Source of the DNA: Escherichia phage vB_EcoP-101120B1-2
DNA: 39,845 nt
Sequence record: MZ234022.1
Direction: 5' to 3' (one strand)
The translations under genes were made by a program, and so were the position numbers. Shown here one piece after another: positions 1 through 9,885 of this stretch. Each line of letters starts with the position of its first letter. The first letter of the stretch is position 1. The notes under the pieces were generated by a model. That model did not search any database, had not been told where the DNA came from, and saw only the letters and a list, made by a program, of their open reading frames with translations.

Positions 1-3000
1 ATGCAGGAGCAAGAGGACCGCTCTACGTGGTTCGGTTTCGGTGCGGCTACAGAAGCTGAAGTGAAGAACTCTATGGTCGGCGTGGCTATACGAGCTGGTC
101 AGACTGAGGACTCACTGGATGTCATTGGCGATGTGTTCAACCCAACCAGATGGAACAACCATAAGTGGTCTCGTGAGGAGCTAGACCAGATTCGTAACGC
201 TGGGGTTTTGCCTCAGTATTACGGAGTCATTACTGGTGGCTCTCCTCAGAACCTGACCGAGCTTATTAACTTGGCGCTTGAGAACCAGAAGTTGGACCAA
301 GAGAAGGCCAAGGCTGGGACTGGTGCTCAACTGGCGGCTGGTGTGATTGGTGCTGGCGTGGACCCTCTGACCTACGTTCCTATTGCTGGGCAGGTAGGTA
401 AAGGTGGTAAGCTAGTCAACAAGATGTTCACTGTGGCTGCTCAGTCTGGTGCTCTGGCTGGGGCATCCGAGATTGCTCGAACATCAGTTGCTGGTGGGGA
501 CGCTCATGTTGCTGAAGCTATCCTTGGTGGCGCTCTCTTCGGTGGTGGCATGACTGCTATCGCTGATGGACTAGGCAGAGCCTTAGGTCGCAACACTAAT
601 GAGTTTGCTGGTCCAGCTACACGTTTGGAAGCTCGTGAGACAGCTCGTAACGTTGATGGTCAGGACCTGTCCCGTCTCCCTATTCAGGAAGGTGAGCAGA
701 CCTTTAGTCATCAAGGCGTTAAGTTCGCTGACGTTCCGAATGAGCCGGGAAGTGTACGATTAGAAGACGGTTCAATCCTGATTGGTGAGAACCCTCTGAA
801 CCCTAAGACACGTCAAGTCTTTGACGAAGTGATTGAGCCGGAACGTGCCGCTGCTGGTGTGAACCTTGGTGGACTTACCGAGATTGGCCTGAAGCTGCTT
901 CGGTCTGAGAACCCTGAGATTCGTGGAGTAGCTGCTGACTTAGTGCGTTCACCTACTGGTATGCAGTCTGGGGCCTCAGGTAAAATCGGGACAACTGCGT
1001 CAGACGTGTTCGAGAGACTTCGTTCTGTGGACCATCGGTTCTACAACGACATCGACGATGCGGTTACTGAGGCACTAAAGGACCCGTACTTCCAGACTGC
1101 ATTCTGGCGAGACTCTGGCGCATTCCGTCAGGACATCTACCAGCGTGTGTCTATGGCTATCGAAGATGGTAGCGGAAACCTGAAGGCTGAACTGACTCCG
1201 GGAGAACTGAAAGTCTATGACCTACTGAAGAACCAGTTCGACGCCAAGCGTGAGATGATGGAGAACCCAGCGATGTTTGGTCGTCCAGACGCTCAGTCTA
1301 TCTTTCCGGGTAGCCGCTTCAAGGGAACCTACGTCCCTCATGTGTATAGCAAACAGATGAAGGAGCTGTACATCAAGGAGCTTGGGAGTCCAGAGGCGTT
1401 GCAGGAGGCCATCAAGAAGTCATGGTTGACCAGCTATGCGTCTCGACCTGAAGTCAAGAAACGCGTGGACGAGGCACTTTTAGAGGCTGACCCTACGTTG
1501 ACTCCAGAAGGACTTGCGGCTGCGGTCGATAAGTACGCCAACGATAAGGCTTATGGTATCTCTCACACCGAGCAGTTCGAGCGTTCATCCGTAATGGAGG
1601 AGAACATCAACGGGCTGGTGGGTCTGGAGAACAACAGCTTCCTTGAGGCTCGTAACCTGTTCGATAGCGATATGTCAATCGTTCTTCCTAACGGTCAGAC
1701 CTTCAGTGTCAACAACCTGCGTGAGTGGGACATGGACAAGATTGTCCCGGCCTACAACCGTCGAGTTAATGGTGATATTGCTATCATGGCTGGTACAGGC
1801 AAGACCACGAAGGAAATGAAGGACTTAGTTGAGACCATGATGAACAAGGCTGGCGATGACGGAAAGTTGAAAGGTGAAGTATCTACCTTACGTGACACCC
1901 TGAAGATTCTCACTGGTCGTGCTCGACGTGATGGTGCTGATGATGCGGCCTTCGCTACCGTGATGCGCACGATGACAGACCTATCGTTCTTCGCTAAGAA
2001 TGCCTACATGGGTGTTCAGAACTTAACGGAGATTGGTGGTATGCTGGCTCGTGGTAACGTTCGTGCACTGCTACACGGAGTACCGATGTTCCGTGACCTA
2101 GCCTTCCGTAACAAGAAGGTCGGGGCCTCGGAGATTAAGGACCTGCATAATGTTATCTTCGGTAAAGAATTAGACGACTCAATCCGTCCGTCTAAACAGG
2201 ATGTTATCGACCGTCTGCGATCTTACAGTGACCTTAGTCGTGGTACAGCTACAGCTCTGGGGACTGCTAAGTATTACACTGGTGAACTTGCAGTACGCTC
2301 TCCGTTCACTAAAGTCCTCAACGGTACGACCAACTACCTGTTAGATGCTGGACGTCAAGGCTTCCTGTCTGACATCGTGGAGCATAGCCTGACTGGTAGT
2401 AAGCGTAAGTTCGATGACCGCTGGCTGAAGACCGCTGGTATATCTGGCGAGCAGTGGAGTGGAATTAAGTCCCTAATCCGTGAGTCAGTGACTCGTGGGC
2501 CAGACGGGAAGTACACCATCAAGGATAAGAAGGCGTTCAGTCAGGACCCAAGGGCTATGGACCTGTGGCGTATGGGTGACACCATCGCTGACGAGACGTT
2601 ACTCCGGCCTCATAAGCTGTCAAACATGGACGCCAAGGCTTATGGTCCTCTCGCTAAGACTGTCCTTCAGTTTAAGAACTTCGTCATCAAGTCTATCAAT
2701 GGGAGAACCATGCGAACCTTCTATAACGCCACGAAGAACAACAGAGCGATTGACGCTGCACTGTCGACCGTGATGTCTATGGGTCTGGCTGGTATCTACT
2801 ACATGGCTCAGGCGCATGTCAAGGCTTATGCTATGCAGGATGGTCGAGACCGTGACTACCTTAAGCAAGCTCTGGACCCAACGATGATTGGCTATGCGGC
2901 CCTGTCCCGTAGTTCACATCTTGGTGGCCCACTTGGGGTAGCTAACATTCTGGGAGGCATCGCTGGATATGAGGACACTAAGATGCTCCGTTCGTCTATC

Positions 3001-3303
3001 CTACCTCGTTCTCCTACAGAGAAGCCTGAGCGTGCCATCGCGTATGGTGCAGCTACAAGTGACCCTGTGATGAATGTTGTTGGTAACTTCTTGGAGCAGG
3101 TTCCAGCTTTCGGATATGCTGCTAACGTTGGCGCTTCGGCTTACAACTTGGCTGGCTACCTCAAGGCTGATACTCGTGTCAACGAGCGTGACTACATGAC
3201 CGGGATGTATAATACGTTCCGTGAACTGGTTCCGAACGACCCCATTACCCAGAAGCTGCTGCTTGGAACGTTTGAGGAGCAAGGCATCCACATCAAGGAC
3301 TAA
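1..3303 (+). CDS. Internal virion (core/ejection) protein gp16, C-terminal 1100 aa; the ORF continues from 39261..39845 across the window boundary (circular permutation)
   Basis: Translation aligns along its length with T7 gp16 as recalled (e.g. RLEARETARN, VRSPTGMQSGASGK, GTYVPHVY, SRPEVK, LEARNLFDSD, NGTTNYLLDA, LVPNDP). Window end ...GET joins window start MQEQEDRSTWFGF in frame, matching T7 ...GETLDEYNSRSTFFGF. Confidence 0.9.
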   Translation: MQEQEDRSTWFGFGAATEAEVKNSMVGVAIRAGQTEDSLDVIGDVFNPTRWNNHKWSREELDQIRNAGVLPQYYGVITGGSPQNLTELINLALENQKLDQEKAKAGTGAQLAAGVIGAGVDPLTYVPIAGQVGKGGKLVNKMFTVAAQSGALAGASEIARTSVAGGDAHVAEAILGGALFGGGMTAIADGLGRALGRNTNEFAGPATRLEARETARNVDGQDLSRLPIQEGEQTFSHQGVKFADVPNEPGSVRLEDGSILIGENPLNPKTRQVFDEVIEPERAAAGVNLGGLTEIGLKLLRSENPEIRGVAADLVRSPTGMQSGASGKIGTTASDVFERLRSVDHRFYNDIDDAVTEALKDPYFQTAFWRDSGAFRQDIYQRVSMAIEDGSGNLKAELTPGELKVYDLLKNQFDAKREMMENPAMFGRPDAQSIFPGSRFKGTYVPHVYSKQMKELYIKELGSPEALQEAIKKSWLTSYASRPEVKKRVDEALLEADPTLTPEGLAAAVDKYANDKAYGISHTEQFERSSVMEENINGLVGLENNSFLEARNLFDSDMSIVLPNGQTFSVNNLREWDMDKIVPAYNRRVNGDIAIMAGTGKTTKEMKDLVETMMNKAGDDGKLKGEVSTLRDTLKILTGRARRDGADDAAFATVMRTMTDLSFFAKNAYMGVQNLTEIGGMLARGNVRALLHGVPMFRDLAFRNKKVGASEIKDLHNVIFGKELDDSIRPSKQDVIDRLRSYSDLSRGTATALGTAKYYTGELAVRSPFTKVLNGTTNYLLDAGRQGFLSDIVEHSLTGSKRKFDDRWLKTAGISGEQWSGIKSLIRESVTRGPDGKYTIKDKKAFSQDPRAMDLWRMGDTIADETLLRPHKLSNMDAKAYGPLAKTVLQFKNFVIKSINGRTMRTFYNATKNNRAIDAALSTVMSMGLAGIYYMAQAHVKAYAMQDGRDRDYLKQALDPTMIGYAALSRSSHLGGPLGVANILGGIAGYEDTKMLRSSILPRSPTEKPERAIAYGAATSDPVMNVVGNFLEQVPAFGYAANVGASAYNLAGYLKADTRVNERDYMTGMYNTFRELVPNDPITQKLLLGTFEEQGIHIKD

Positions 3304-3321
3304 ACTATCACTATAGGAAAC
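3299..3321 (+). promoter_or_regulatory. Phage RNA polymerase promoter (T7 phi17 position), motif TAAACTATCACTATAGGAAA
   Basis: One of 11 copies of the ACTATCACTATAGG core; lies in the gp16-gp17 intergenic gap, overlapping the gp16 stop codon. Confidence 0.75.
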
Positions 3322-3367
3322 TGGAGGCGCTACCATAGGTCTCCATTTAAATCACAAAGGAGGCATA

Positions 3368-5899
3368 ATGTCCACGATTACACAATTCCCTTCAGGAAAC
3401 ACTCAGTACAGGATTGAGTTCGACTACCTAGCCAGAACGTTTGTTGTTGTTACGCTGGTGAATAGCTCTAACCCTACCCTGAACCGTGTACTGGAAGTTG
3501 GTCGAGATTACCGATTCCTTAATCCAACGATGATTGAGATGTTGGTTGACCAATCAGGTTTCGACATAGTTCGTATTCACCGTCAGACTGGAACTGACTT
3601 AGTGGTAGATTTCAGGAATGGCTCAGTGTTGACAGCTAGTGACCTGACCAATTCAGAGCTTCAGGCTATCCATATTGCAGAAGAAGGTCGAGACCAAACG
3701 GTTGACTTAGCGAAGGAATATGCCGATGCTGCTGGTAGCTCTGCTGGCAACGCTAAGGATAGCGAGGACGAAGCACGCCGAATCGCTGCGAGTATCAGGG
3801 AAGCTGGTCTAATTGGCTATATTACCCGTCGCTCCTTCGAGAAAGGCTACAACGTTACAACATGGAGCGAGGTCCTGCTATGGGAAGAGGATGGTGATTA
3901 TTACCGCTGGGATGGTACGCTTCCAAAGAACGTTCCTGCTGGTTCAACTCCTGAAACTTCCGGTGGGATTGGATTAGGTGCGTGGGTTAGTGTTGGTGAT
4001 GCTGCTTTAAGAAGTCAGATTTCAAACCCGGAAGGGGCAATACTCTACCCGGAATTGCAGATGGCAAGATGGCGTGATGAGGGTGATGTTCGAGGCTGGG
4101 GTGCTAAAGGGGATGGTGTAACAGATAGTACGGAGAATATAGCTGCTTCACTAAGTTCTCAAAAAGCTGTCGTAGCATCAGAAGGTGTATTCTCTAGTTC
4201 TGGTATTAATAGTAATTACTGTAACTTAGACGGTAGGGGTAGTGGCGTGCTAAGTCACCGTTCCAGTACAGGTAACTACTTAGTATTTAACAATCCACGT
4301 ACAGGTCGCTTAAGTAATATTACGGTAGAAAGTAATAAGGCGACTGATACAACTCAGGGACAGCAGGTATCTCTTGCGGGTGGAAGCGATGTTACTGTAA
4401 GTGACGTTAACTTCTCAAACGTTAAAGGTACTGGTTTCAGTTTAATCGCATACCCTAATGATGCGCCACCTGATGGACTTATGATTAAAGGCATTCGAGG
4501 TAGCTATTCCGGCTATGCTACTAATAAGGCAGCCGGATGCGTACTTGCTGACTCCTCAGTTAACTCCCTCATAGATAACGTTATTGCTAAGAACTACCCT
4601 CAGTTCGGAGCAGTAGAGTTGAAAGGTACAGCCAGTTACAACATAGTCAGTAATGTTATAGGGGCAGATTGCCAGCATGTAACTTACAACGGCACTGAAG
4701 GGTCAATAGCTCCTTCTAATAACATTATAAAGGGGGTGATGGCTAATAACCCTAAGTATGCAGCGGTTGTTGCAGGCAAAGGAAATACTAACTTAATCTC
4801 AGACGTGCTCGTAGATTACTCAACTTCTGATGCTAGCCAGGCTCATGGCGTTACCGTAGAAGGGTCTGATAACGTCATAAATAATGTGCTTATGTCAGGA
4901 TGTGATGGTACTAACTCTTTAGGACAAAGGCAGACTGCTACAATTGCACGCTTTATAGGTACAGCTAATAACAACTATGCGTCTGTATTTCCTAGCTACA
5001 GTGCTACAGGTGTTATTACTTTCGAATCCGGCTCTACCCGTAACTTCGTAGAGGTAAAACACCCTGGCAGGAGAAACGACCTTCTCAGTTCTGCTAGTAC
5101 TATTGACGGTGCAGCTACTATTGACGGCACTAGTAATAGTAACGTAGTGCACGCACCTGCCTTAGGGCAGTACATAGGTAGTATGTCAGGTAGGTTCGAA
5201 TGGTGGATTAAGTCCATGTCACTCCCTTCAGGCGTTCTTACTTCTGCTGATAAGTACAGAATGCTTGGGGATGGTGCTGTGTCATTAGCTGTAGGTGGTG
5301 GTGCATCTTCTCAAGTTCGACTATTTACTTCTGATGGTATTTATCGGACAGTGTCCCTCACCAACGGCAACGTGCGTCTTCCTACCAGTAGCACAGGTTA
5401 TTTGCAGTTAGGTTCTAATGCAATGACCCCAGATAGTACTAATACATACGCATTAGGTTCCGCAAGTCGAGCATGGTCTGGCGGTTTTACTCAATCAGCA
5501 TTCACTGTTGTCTCAGATGCTAGGGATAAAACAGAGCCTCTTAATATCTCAGATGCTTTACTGGATGCTTGGTCTGAAGTTGACTTTGTGCAGTTTCAGT
5601 ACTTGGACCGAATTGAGGAGAAGGGTGCAGACTCAGCTAGATGGCACTTCGGCATCATCGCTCAGCGAGCTAAGGAGGCCTTCGAACGTCACGGTATAGA
5701 TGCACATCGCTATGGCTTCCTGTGCTTCGACAGTTGGGATGATGTATACGAGGAAGATGCCAATGGCTATCGTAAACTGATTACACCAGCAGGTTCCCGC
5801 TACGGTATTCGTTACGAGGAAGTACTGATATTAGAGGCTGCGTTGATGCGGCGTACTATTAAGCGTATGCAGGAAGCATTAGCTGTTATGTCTAAGTGA
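3368..5899 (+). CDS. Tailspike protein (gp17 homolog): T7-like N-terminal adaptor domain, pectate-lyase-like beta-helix depolymerase body, C-terminal intramolecular chaperone domain
   Basis: SD CAAAGGAGG upstream of ATG. N-terminus EFDYLARTFVVVTLV resembles T7 gp17 FEYLARKFVVVTLI. Central motif WGAKGDGVTDSTENIAAS is typical of pectate-lyase-3 beta-helix tailspikes. C-terminus carries SDARDK (Ser716, Lys721) in the spacing of the peptidase S74 Ser-Lys dyad. Confidence 0.85.
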   Translation: MSTITQFPSGNTQYRIEFDYLARTFVVVTLVNSSNPTLNRVLEVGRDYRFLNPTMIEMLVDQSGFDIVRIHRQTGTDLVVDFRNGSVLTASDLTNSELQAIHIAEEGRDQTVDLAKEYADAAGSSAGNAKDSEDEARRIAASIREAGLIGYITRRSFEKGYNVTTWSEVLLWEEDGDYYRWDGTLPKNVPAGSTPETSGGIGLGAWVSVGDAALRSQISNPEGAILYPELQMARWRDEGDVRGWGAKGDGVTDSTENIAASLSSQKAVVASEGVFSSSGINSNYCNLDGRGSGVLSHRSSTGNYLVFNNPRTGRLSNITVESNKATDTTQGQQVSLAGGSDVTVSDVNFSNVKGTGFSLIAYPNDAPPDGLMIKGIRGSYSGYATNKAAGCVLADSSVNSLIDNVIAKNYPQFGAVELKGTASYNIVSNVIGADCQHVTYNGTEGSIAPSNNIIKGVMANNPKYAAVVAGKGNTNLISDVLVDYSTSDASQAHGVTVEGSDNVINNVLMSGCDGTNSLGQRQTATIARFIGTANNNYASVFPSYSATGVITFESGSTRNFVEVKHPGRRNDLLSSASTIDGAATIDGTSNSNVVHAPALGQYIGSMSGRFEWWIKSMSLPSGVLTSADKYRMLGDGAVSLAVGGGASSQVRLFTSDGIYRTVSLTNGNVRLPTSSTGYLQLGSNAMTPDSTNTYALGSASRAWSGGFTQSAFTVVSDARDKTEPLNISDALLDAWSEVDFVQFQYLDRIEEKGADSARWHFGIIAQRAKEAFERHGIDAHRYGFLCFDSWDDVYEEDANGYRKLITPAGSRYGIRYEEVLILEAALMRRTIKRMQEALAVMSK
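5516..5896 (+). other. Predicted auto-cleaved C-terminal intramolecular chaperone domain of the tailspike (residues 717-843); cleavage predicted after Ser716
   Basis: SDARDK motif with Ser and Lys five residues apart, followed by a roughly 125-aa domain, as in the endosialidase/T5 L-shaped fibre chaperone domains (recalled from literature). Confidence 0.5.
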
Positions 5900-6123
5900 G
5901 TAATACTGGTACGGTATTTCGCACAATGAAATCGTTGAACACACTGACGAGGAGGGTAATGTCACTACTACGGAAGAACCTGTATACACCGAGGTGGTTA
6001 TTCACGAAGAGGGTGAGGAGTGGGGGTGTTCGGCCTGACGGAATTTTCTTTGCTGAAGCCGCTTATCAGAGAAGAAAACTGGAAAGAATCGAAGCCAGAC
6101 TTTCTGCTCTTGAACAGAAGTAA
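5896..6123 (+). CDS. Hypothetical basic protein between tailspike and holin; start uncertain (GTG 5896, ATG 5926 or ATG 5959)
   Basis: ORF from the track. Arg/Lys-rich with a C-terminal coiled-coil-like segment (RRKLERIEARLSALEQK). No well-spaced SD for any candidate start; T7 has no gene here. Confidence 0.25.
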   Translation: MSNTGTVFRTMKSLNTLTRRVMSLLRKNLYTPRWLFTKRVRSGGVRPDGIFFAEAAYQRRKLERIEARLSALEQK

Positions 6124-6233
6124 TAAACAAAACCATTTTGCCATTAGGTTGGTGGGGTAGAGACTAACTACACGCTAACCAACGTATGTAACAACTTTGG
6201 GTCACGGACGACCCGCTTTAAACTGGAGGTTTT

Positions 6234-6428
6234 ATGATTGAGTTAGACTTCAAGAATGAGGTCCTTAAAGCCTCTCCTATCGTCGGGACCGCTGCGGCTG
6301 ATGGTGCCAGTCGGTTCTTCTTCGGACTTACACTGAACGAATGGTTCTACGTTGCAGCTATCGCGTACACCGTTGTCCAGATTGGTGTGCTAGTCTACAA
6401 AACGATTAAAGGAGGTGGTAAAACATGA
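6234..6428 (+). CDS. Type II holin (gp17.5 homolog)
   Basis: MIELDFKNEVLKASPIVGTAAADGASRFFFGLTLNEWFYVAAIAYTVVQIG closely matches T7 gp17.5 as recalled; single hydrophobic segment; SD GGAGG. Confidence 0.85.
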   Translation: MIELDFKNEVLKASPIVGTAAADGASRFFFGLTLNEWFYVAAIAYTVVQIGVLVYKTIKGGGKT

Positions 6429-6688
6429 CGCAGATGGACTTAGAGAAGTTCCTCTTGATGCTGGATACTGAACGTGCTAGACTCATGCTGCAAGACCTGC
6501 GGGATGACTCTAAGCGTTCACCTCAGCTTTACAACGCCATTGAGAAGCTACTGGCTCGTCACAACTTCGTGCTAAGTAAGGTGTCTGTGGACGAGAAGAC
6601 GCTGGCTGATATGGAGGCCCTGAACGCAGAGTACGATAAGGTGCTTTCAGCGACTGAGGATAATGACACCGGGTATGGCGTTCAATAA
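6425..6688 (+). CDS. Terminase small subunit / DNA maturation protein A (gp18 homolog)
   Basis: 87 aa at the T7 gene 18 position; FLLMLDTERARLMLQDL...SPQLYNAIEKLLARH resembles T7 gp18 ITFLEMLDTAMAQRMLADL...SPQLYNAINKLLDRH. Confidence 0.85.
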   Translation: MTQMDLEKFLLMLDTERARLMLQDLRDDSKRSPQLYNAIEKLLARHNFVLSKVSVDEKTLADMEALNAEYDKVLSATEDNDTGYGVQ

Positions 6689-6692
6689 GTGT

Positions 6693-6736
6693 TAGACTCA
6701 AGGTCATTACTATATGTAGTGGCCTTTATGGTTAAC
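6693..6736 (+). promoter_or_regulatory. Conserved RNA hairpin, late family copy 1 (candidate RNase III processing site, T7 R18.5 position)
   Basis: TAGACTCAAGGTCAT...GTGGCCTTTATG shared with 16336..16379 and 23562..23602. Stem AAGGUCA/UGGCCUU (one G-U) is conserved while the loops differ. Confidence 0.45.
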
Positions 6737-6789
6737 ACTAACTAGTGGAGGAGACTCTACGTGAAATCTGATAAACCGGGAGGGCAACT

Positions 6790-7233
6790 ATGCTCGAATT
6801 TTTAAAGAGAGCGGCTCCGTGGTTACTTGCAGCAGTGATGTTTGCTGGTGGCTACCACACCGCTAACAATAAGTGGGAGGCTAAGGTAAATGCAGAATAC
6901 ACCTCGAATCTTAAGGCATCGGAGGATACAAGGCTTGCTGTCCAAGCTGAAGTCAACAAAGTGTCCAAACGGTTTCAGGACGAAATGTCCTCGCTGGAAG
7001 GCAGCACTGACAGGATTATTGCTGACCTTCAGTCTGACAATAAGCGGCTGCGCATCCGAGTCAAACCTACGAGTGGAACCACGCAAAGTGACGGTCGATG
7101 CGTCATTGATGGTTACGCCGAACTTGACGAACGAGATGCTAAACGTCTTATCTCCATCGGACTGAAAGGGGACGCTTGGATTAAAGCACTACAGGATACT
7201 ATCCGCAAACTTCAACAAGACAAGGAGAAATGA
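6790..7233 (+). CDS. Rz-like i-spanin (gp18.5 homolog)
   Basis: MLEFLKRAAPWLLAAVMFAGG N-terminal TM segment; ...STDRIIADLQSDNKRLRIRVK...DERDAKRLI...GDAWIKALQDTIRKLQ matches T7 gp18.5 as recalled. Confidence 0.85.
   Translation: MLEFLKRAAPWLLAAVMFAGGYHTANNKWEAKVNAEYTSNLKASEDTRLAVQAEVNKVSKRFQDEMSSLEGSTDRIIADLQSDNKRLRIRVKPTSGTTQSDGRCVIDGYAELDERDAKRLISIGLKGDAWIKALQDTIRKLQQDKEK
6890..7165 (+). CDS. Rz1-like o-spanin lipoprotein (gp18.7 homolog), embedded in the +1 frame of the Rz gene
   Basis: Contains lipobox-like LTISGC followed by ASES...VDASLMVTPNLTNEMLNV, matching T7 gp18.7. Embedded Rz/Rz1 architecture. Exact start uncertain. Confidence 0.65.
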   Translation: MQNTPRILRHRRIQGLLSKLKSTKCPNGFRTKCPRWKAALTGLLLTFSLTISGCASESNLRVEPRKVTVDASLMVTPNLTNEMLNVLSPSD

Positions 7234-7670
7234 TGCTCAGTGATTCGTATTTCTATGATGAGTCCAGTAAGTCTGGCCTGAAGTCCCTGCGTTCTGGTAA
7301 GGATGTGGGGTGTGTGGGAAACCACGGGTATTATCAGGTAGGAACTCGACGTCATGGACTCCTGCTGGCCCATAGAGTCGTCTGGGAGCTAACCAACGGT
7401 CCTATACCAGAAGGGATGGAGATTGACCATATCGACCGCTGCCGGACTAACAACAGGCTGGACAACCTCCGGCTAGTTACTTCAAGCGAGAACTCCTGCA
7501 ACACCTCAGGACATTCCGACTCAAAGACTGGAGTTAAGAACATATCGTTCCATCAGAATGGCTACGCTATCGAGGTCATGCGTAAGGGGGTCCGTATGCG
7601 AACAACACGTCCTACTTTAGAGGAGGCTATCTCTGTCCGGGACCTAATGCTGGAGGGACTCTATGTCTAA
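7230..7670 (+). CDS. HNH homing-endonuclease-like protein inserted between the spanin and large-terminase genes
   Basis: Motif [30 protein letters not shown] (His-Asn-Asn HNH core with Cys ligands); ATGATG start after SD AAGGAGA; overlaps the gp19 start by 8 nt. Absent at this position in T7. Confidence 0.75.
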   Translation: MMLSDSYFYDESSKSGLKSLRSGKDVGCVGNHGYYQVGTRRHGLLLAHRVVWELTNGPIPEGMEIDHIDRCRTNNRLDNLRLVTSSENSCNTSGHSDSKTGVKNISFHQNGYAIEVMRKGVRMRTTRPTLEEAISVRDLMLEGLYV

Positions 7671-9429
7671 GAAAACACCTGCTGAAAGACAGGCTGAAAT
7701 GACCCAAAGGATGAGGGACGACTTCGTGTTCTTCATCTTCGTTCTCTGGAAAGCGCTGAGCCTTCCGGTTCCAACCAGATGTCAGATAGATATGTGTAAG
7801 AAGCTGGCTGCTGGCGATAACCGACGCTTCATCCTTCAGGCGTTCCGAGGTATTGGCAAATCGTTTCTGACCTGTGGTTTCGTGGTCTGGAAGCTATGGA
7901 ATAACCCAGACTTGAAGTTCATGATTGTGTCGGCCTCAAAGGAGCGAGCCGATGCTAACTCCATCTTCATCAAGCGAATCATCGACCTCATGCCTCAGCT
8001 TCAGGAACTCAAACCTAAGCAGGGACAGCGAGATGCGGTTATTAGCTTCGACGTGGGACCTGCCAAGCCAGACCACTCACCTTCGGTTAAGTCCGTTGGT
8101 ATCACTGGTCAGTTGACTGGTAGTCGTGCTGACATCCTGATTGCCGATGACGTGGAGGTTCCGAACAACTCAGCGACTCAGGCTGCACGAGACCGTCTAT
8201 CAGAGCTTGTGAAAGAGTTCGACGCTATCCTGAAGCCGGGAGGTACGATCATCTATCTGGGTACTCCTCAGAACGAGATGACCCTGTACCGTGAGCTGGA
8301 AGGTCGTGGGTACACCACTACTATCTGGCCCGCTCGTTATCCACGCGACAGGAAGGACTGGCAGTCTTACGGCGACCGTCTGGCTCCTATGCTTCAGGCA
8401 GAGCTGGAAGAGGACCCTGAGTCCTTCTACTGGCGTCCGACTGATGAAGTACGCTTCGATGATACGGACCTGAAGGAACGTGAGCTGTCCTACGGTAAAG
8501 CTGGCTTCGCTCTACAGTTCATGCTTAACCCGAACCTGAGTGATGCCGAGAAGTACCCTCTTAAGCTCCGTGACCTTATCGTAGCCGACTTGGACCCAGC
8601 GTCCAGCCCAATGGCCTACCAATGGTTGCCGAACCCTCAGAACAAGCGTGAGGACGTTCCTAACGTTGGACTCATGGGTGACTCGTACCACACGTATCAG
8701 ACTGTAGGTTCTGCCTTCAGCTCATACACCCAGAAGATTCTGGTCATTGACCCTAGTGGTCGTGGTAAGGATGAAACTGGATATGCGGTACTGTACCAGC
8801 TCAACGGCTACATCTTCGCTATGGAAGTTGGTGGCATGCGTGGTGGTTATGAATACTCTACGCTGGAAGCCTTGGCTAAGATTGGTCGTAAGTGGAGGGT
8901 AAACGAATACGTCATTGAGGGTAACTTCGGTGATGGTATGTACCTTGAGCTATTCAAGCCTGCATCGGCCCGTATCCATCCTGCGGCTGTAACTGAAGTG
9001 AAGAGTAAGGGTCAGAAAGAACTACGCATCTGTGACGTTCTGGAGCCTATCATGGGGTCTCACAGACTTATCGTTAACGCTGCTGCTATCGTCCAAGACT
9101 ACCAGACAGCCTCTGACAAGGATGGTGTTCGTAACCCTATCTACTCTCTATTCTATCAGATGACACGTATCTCTCGTGAGCGTGGAGCCTTGGCACACGA
9201 TGACCGACTTGATGCGCTGGCTATCGGTGTACAGTTCTTCGTTGAGTCGATGGCTAAGGATGCCAACAAAGGCGAACGTGAAGTCACTGAGGAATGGCTG
9301 GAGGAACAGATGGAGAACCCACGGAAAGGCTTCGAGTCCATCCACACTGAGTTCTGGGACAATGGGGTCCGGGTAACTCACGATACGGACGACGAGCTTG
9401 GACTAGGGTCATACGTTACGTTCCACTAG
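7663..9429 (+). CDS. Terminase large subunit / DNA maturation protein B (gp19 homolog)
   Basis: 588 aa; long stretches match T7 gp19 ([91 protein letters not shown]). Confidence 0.95.
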   Translation: MSKKTPAERQAEMTQRMRDDFVFFIFVLWKALSLPVPTRCQIDMCKKLAAGDNRRFILQAFRGIGKSFLTCGFVVWKLWNNPDLKFMIVSASKERADANSIFIKRIIDLMPQLQELKPKQGQRDAVISFDVGPAKPDHSPSVKSVGITGQLTGSRADILIADDVEVPNNSATQAARDRLSELVKEFDAILKPGGTIIYLGTPQNEMTLYRELEGRGYTTTIWPARYPRDRKDWQSYGDRLAPMLQAELEEDPESFYWRPTDEVRFDDTDLKERELSYGKAGFALQFMLNPNLSDAEKYPLKLRDLIVADLDPASSPMAYQWLPNPQNKREDVPNVGLMGDSYHTYQTVGSAFSSYTQKILVIDPSGRGKDETGYAVLYQLNGYIFAMEVGGMRGGYEYSTLEALAKIGRKWRVNEYVIEGNFGDGMYLELFKPASARIHPAAVTEVKSKGQKELRICDVLEPIMGSHRLIVNAAAIVQDYQTASDKDGVRNPIYSLFYQMTRISRERGALAHDDRLDALAIGVQFFVESMAKDANKGEREVTEEWLEEQMENPRKGFESIHTEFWDNGVRVTHDTDDELGLGSYVTFH

Positions 9430-9523
9430 CTGAATGAATAATTATAGGTGAAAGCCGCATGAATACGCGGTTAGTAACCTATAGTTACTACCAGTCTAAC
9501 ATACTGTTTTACAAGGAGTTTGG

Positions 9524-9546
9524 ACTTAACTATCACTATAGGGAAG
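9524..9546 (+). promoter_or_regulatory. Phage RNA polymerase promoter near the right genome end (phiOR-like), CTTAACTATCACTATAGGGAAG
   Basis: Core ACTATCACTATAGG, downstream of the gene 19 stop. Confidence 0.7.
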
Positions 9547-9726
9547 ACCCCCGGTTACTTATAGTATTACTGTAGTGAATATACATATGCAGACTTTATG
9601 CAAGACCTTAGGAGGCAGACTCCGAGTTCTTACCTAAGGCTTGCACCGATGGAAGGAGGGTGATATTAATCATAATCCCTCCAATACAGATAGTCACCGA
9701 CCATAGATACAGGAGGTATGTAGCAT

Positions 9727-9885
9727 ATGGCAAAGACCAAAGCTGTACTTAAAGCTCTGGCGACCAATCGAGCTACATACAGGTTTCTTGCTGCTGTTCT
9801 ACTTGCTGCTGGCGTTACTGCTGGAAGTCAGGGGGTCGGGTGGGTCGAGACTCTCGTATGTTCTCTGGTGTCTGAGTGTCGTTAA
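9727..9885 (+). CDS. Small hydrophobic protein (52 aa), candidate gp19.5 analogue
   Basis: ATG preceded by SD AGGAGG; MAKTKAVLKALATNRATYRFLAAVLLAAGVTAGSQGVGWVETLVCSLVSECR. Under the 60-aa track threshold. Position corresponds to T7 gene 19.5. Confidence 0.4.
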   Translation: MAKTKAVLKALATNRATYRFLAAVLLAAGVTAGSQGVGWVETLVCSLVSECR

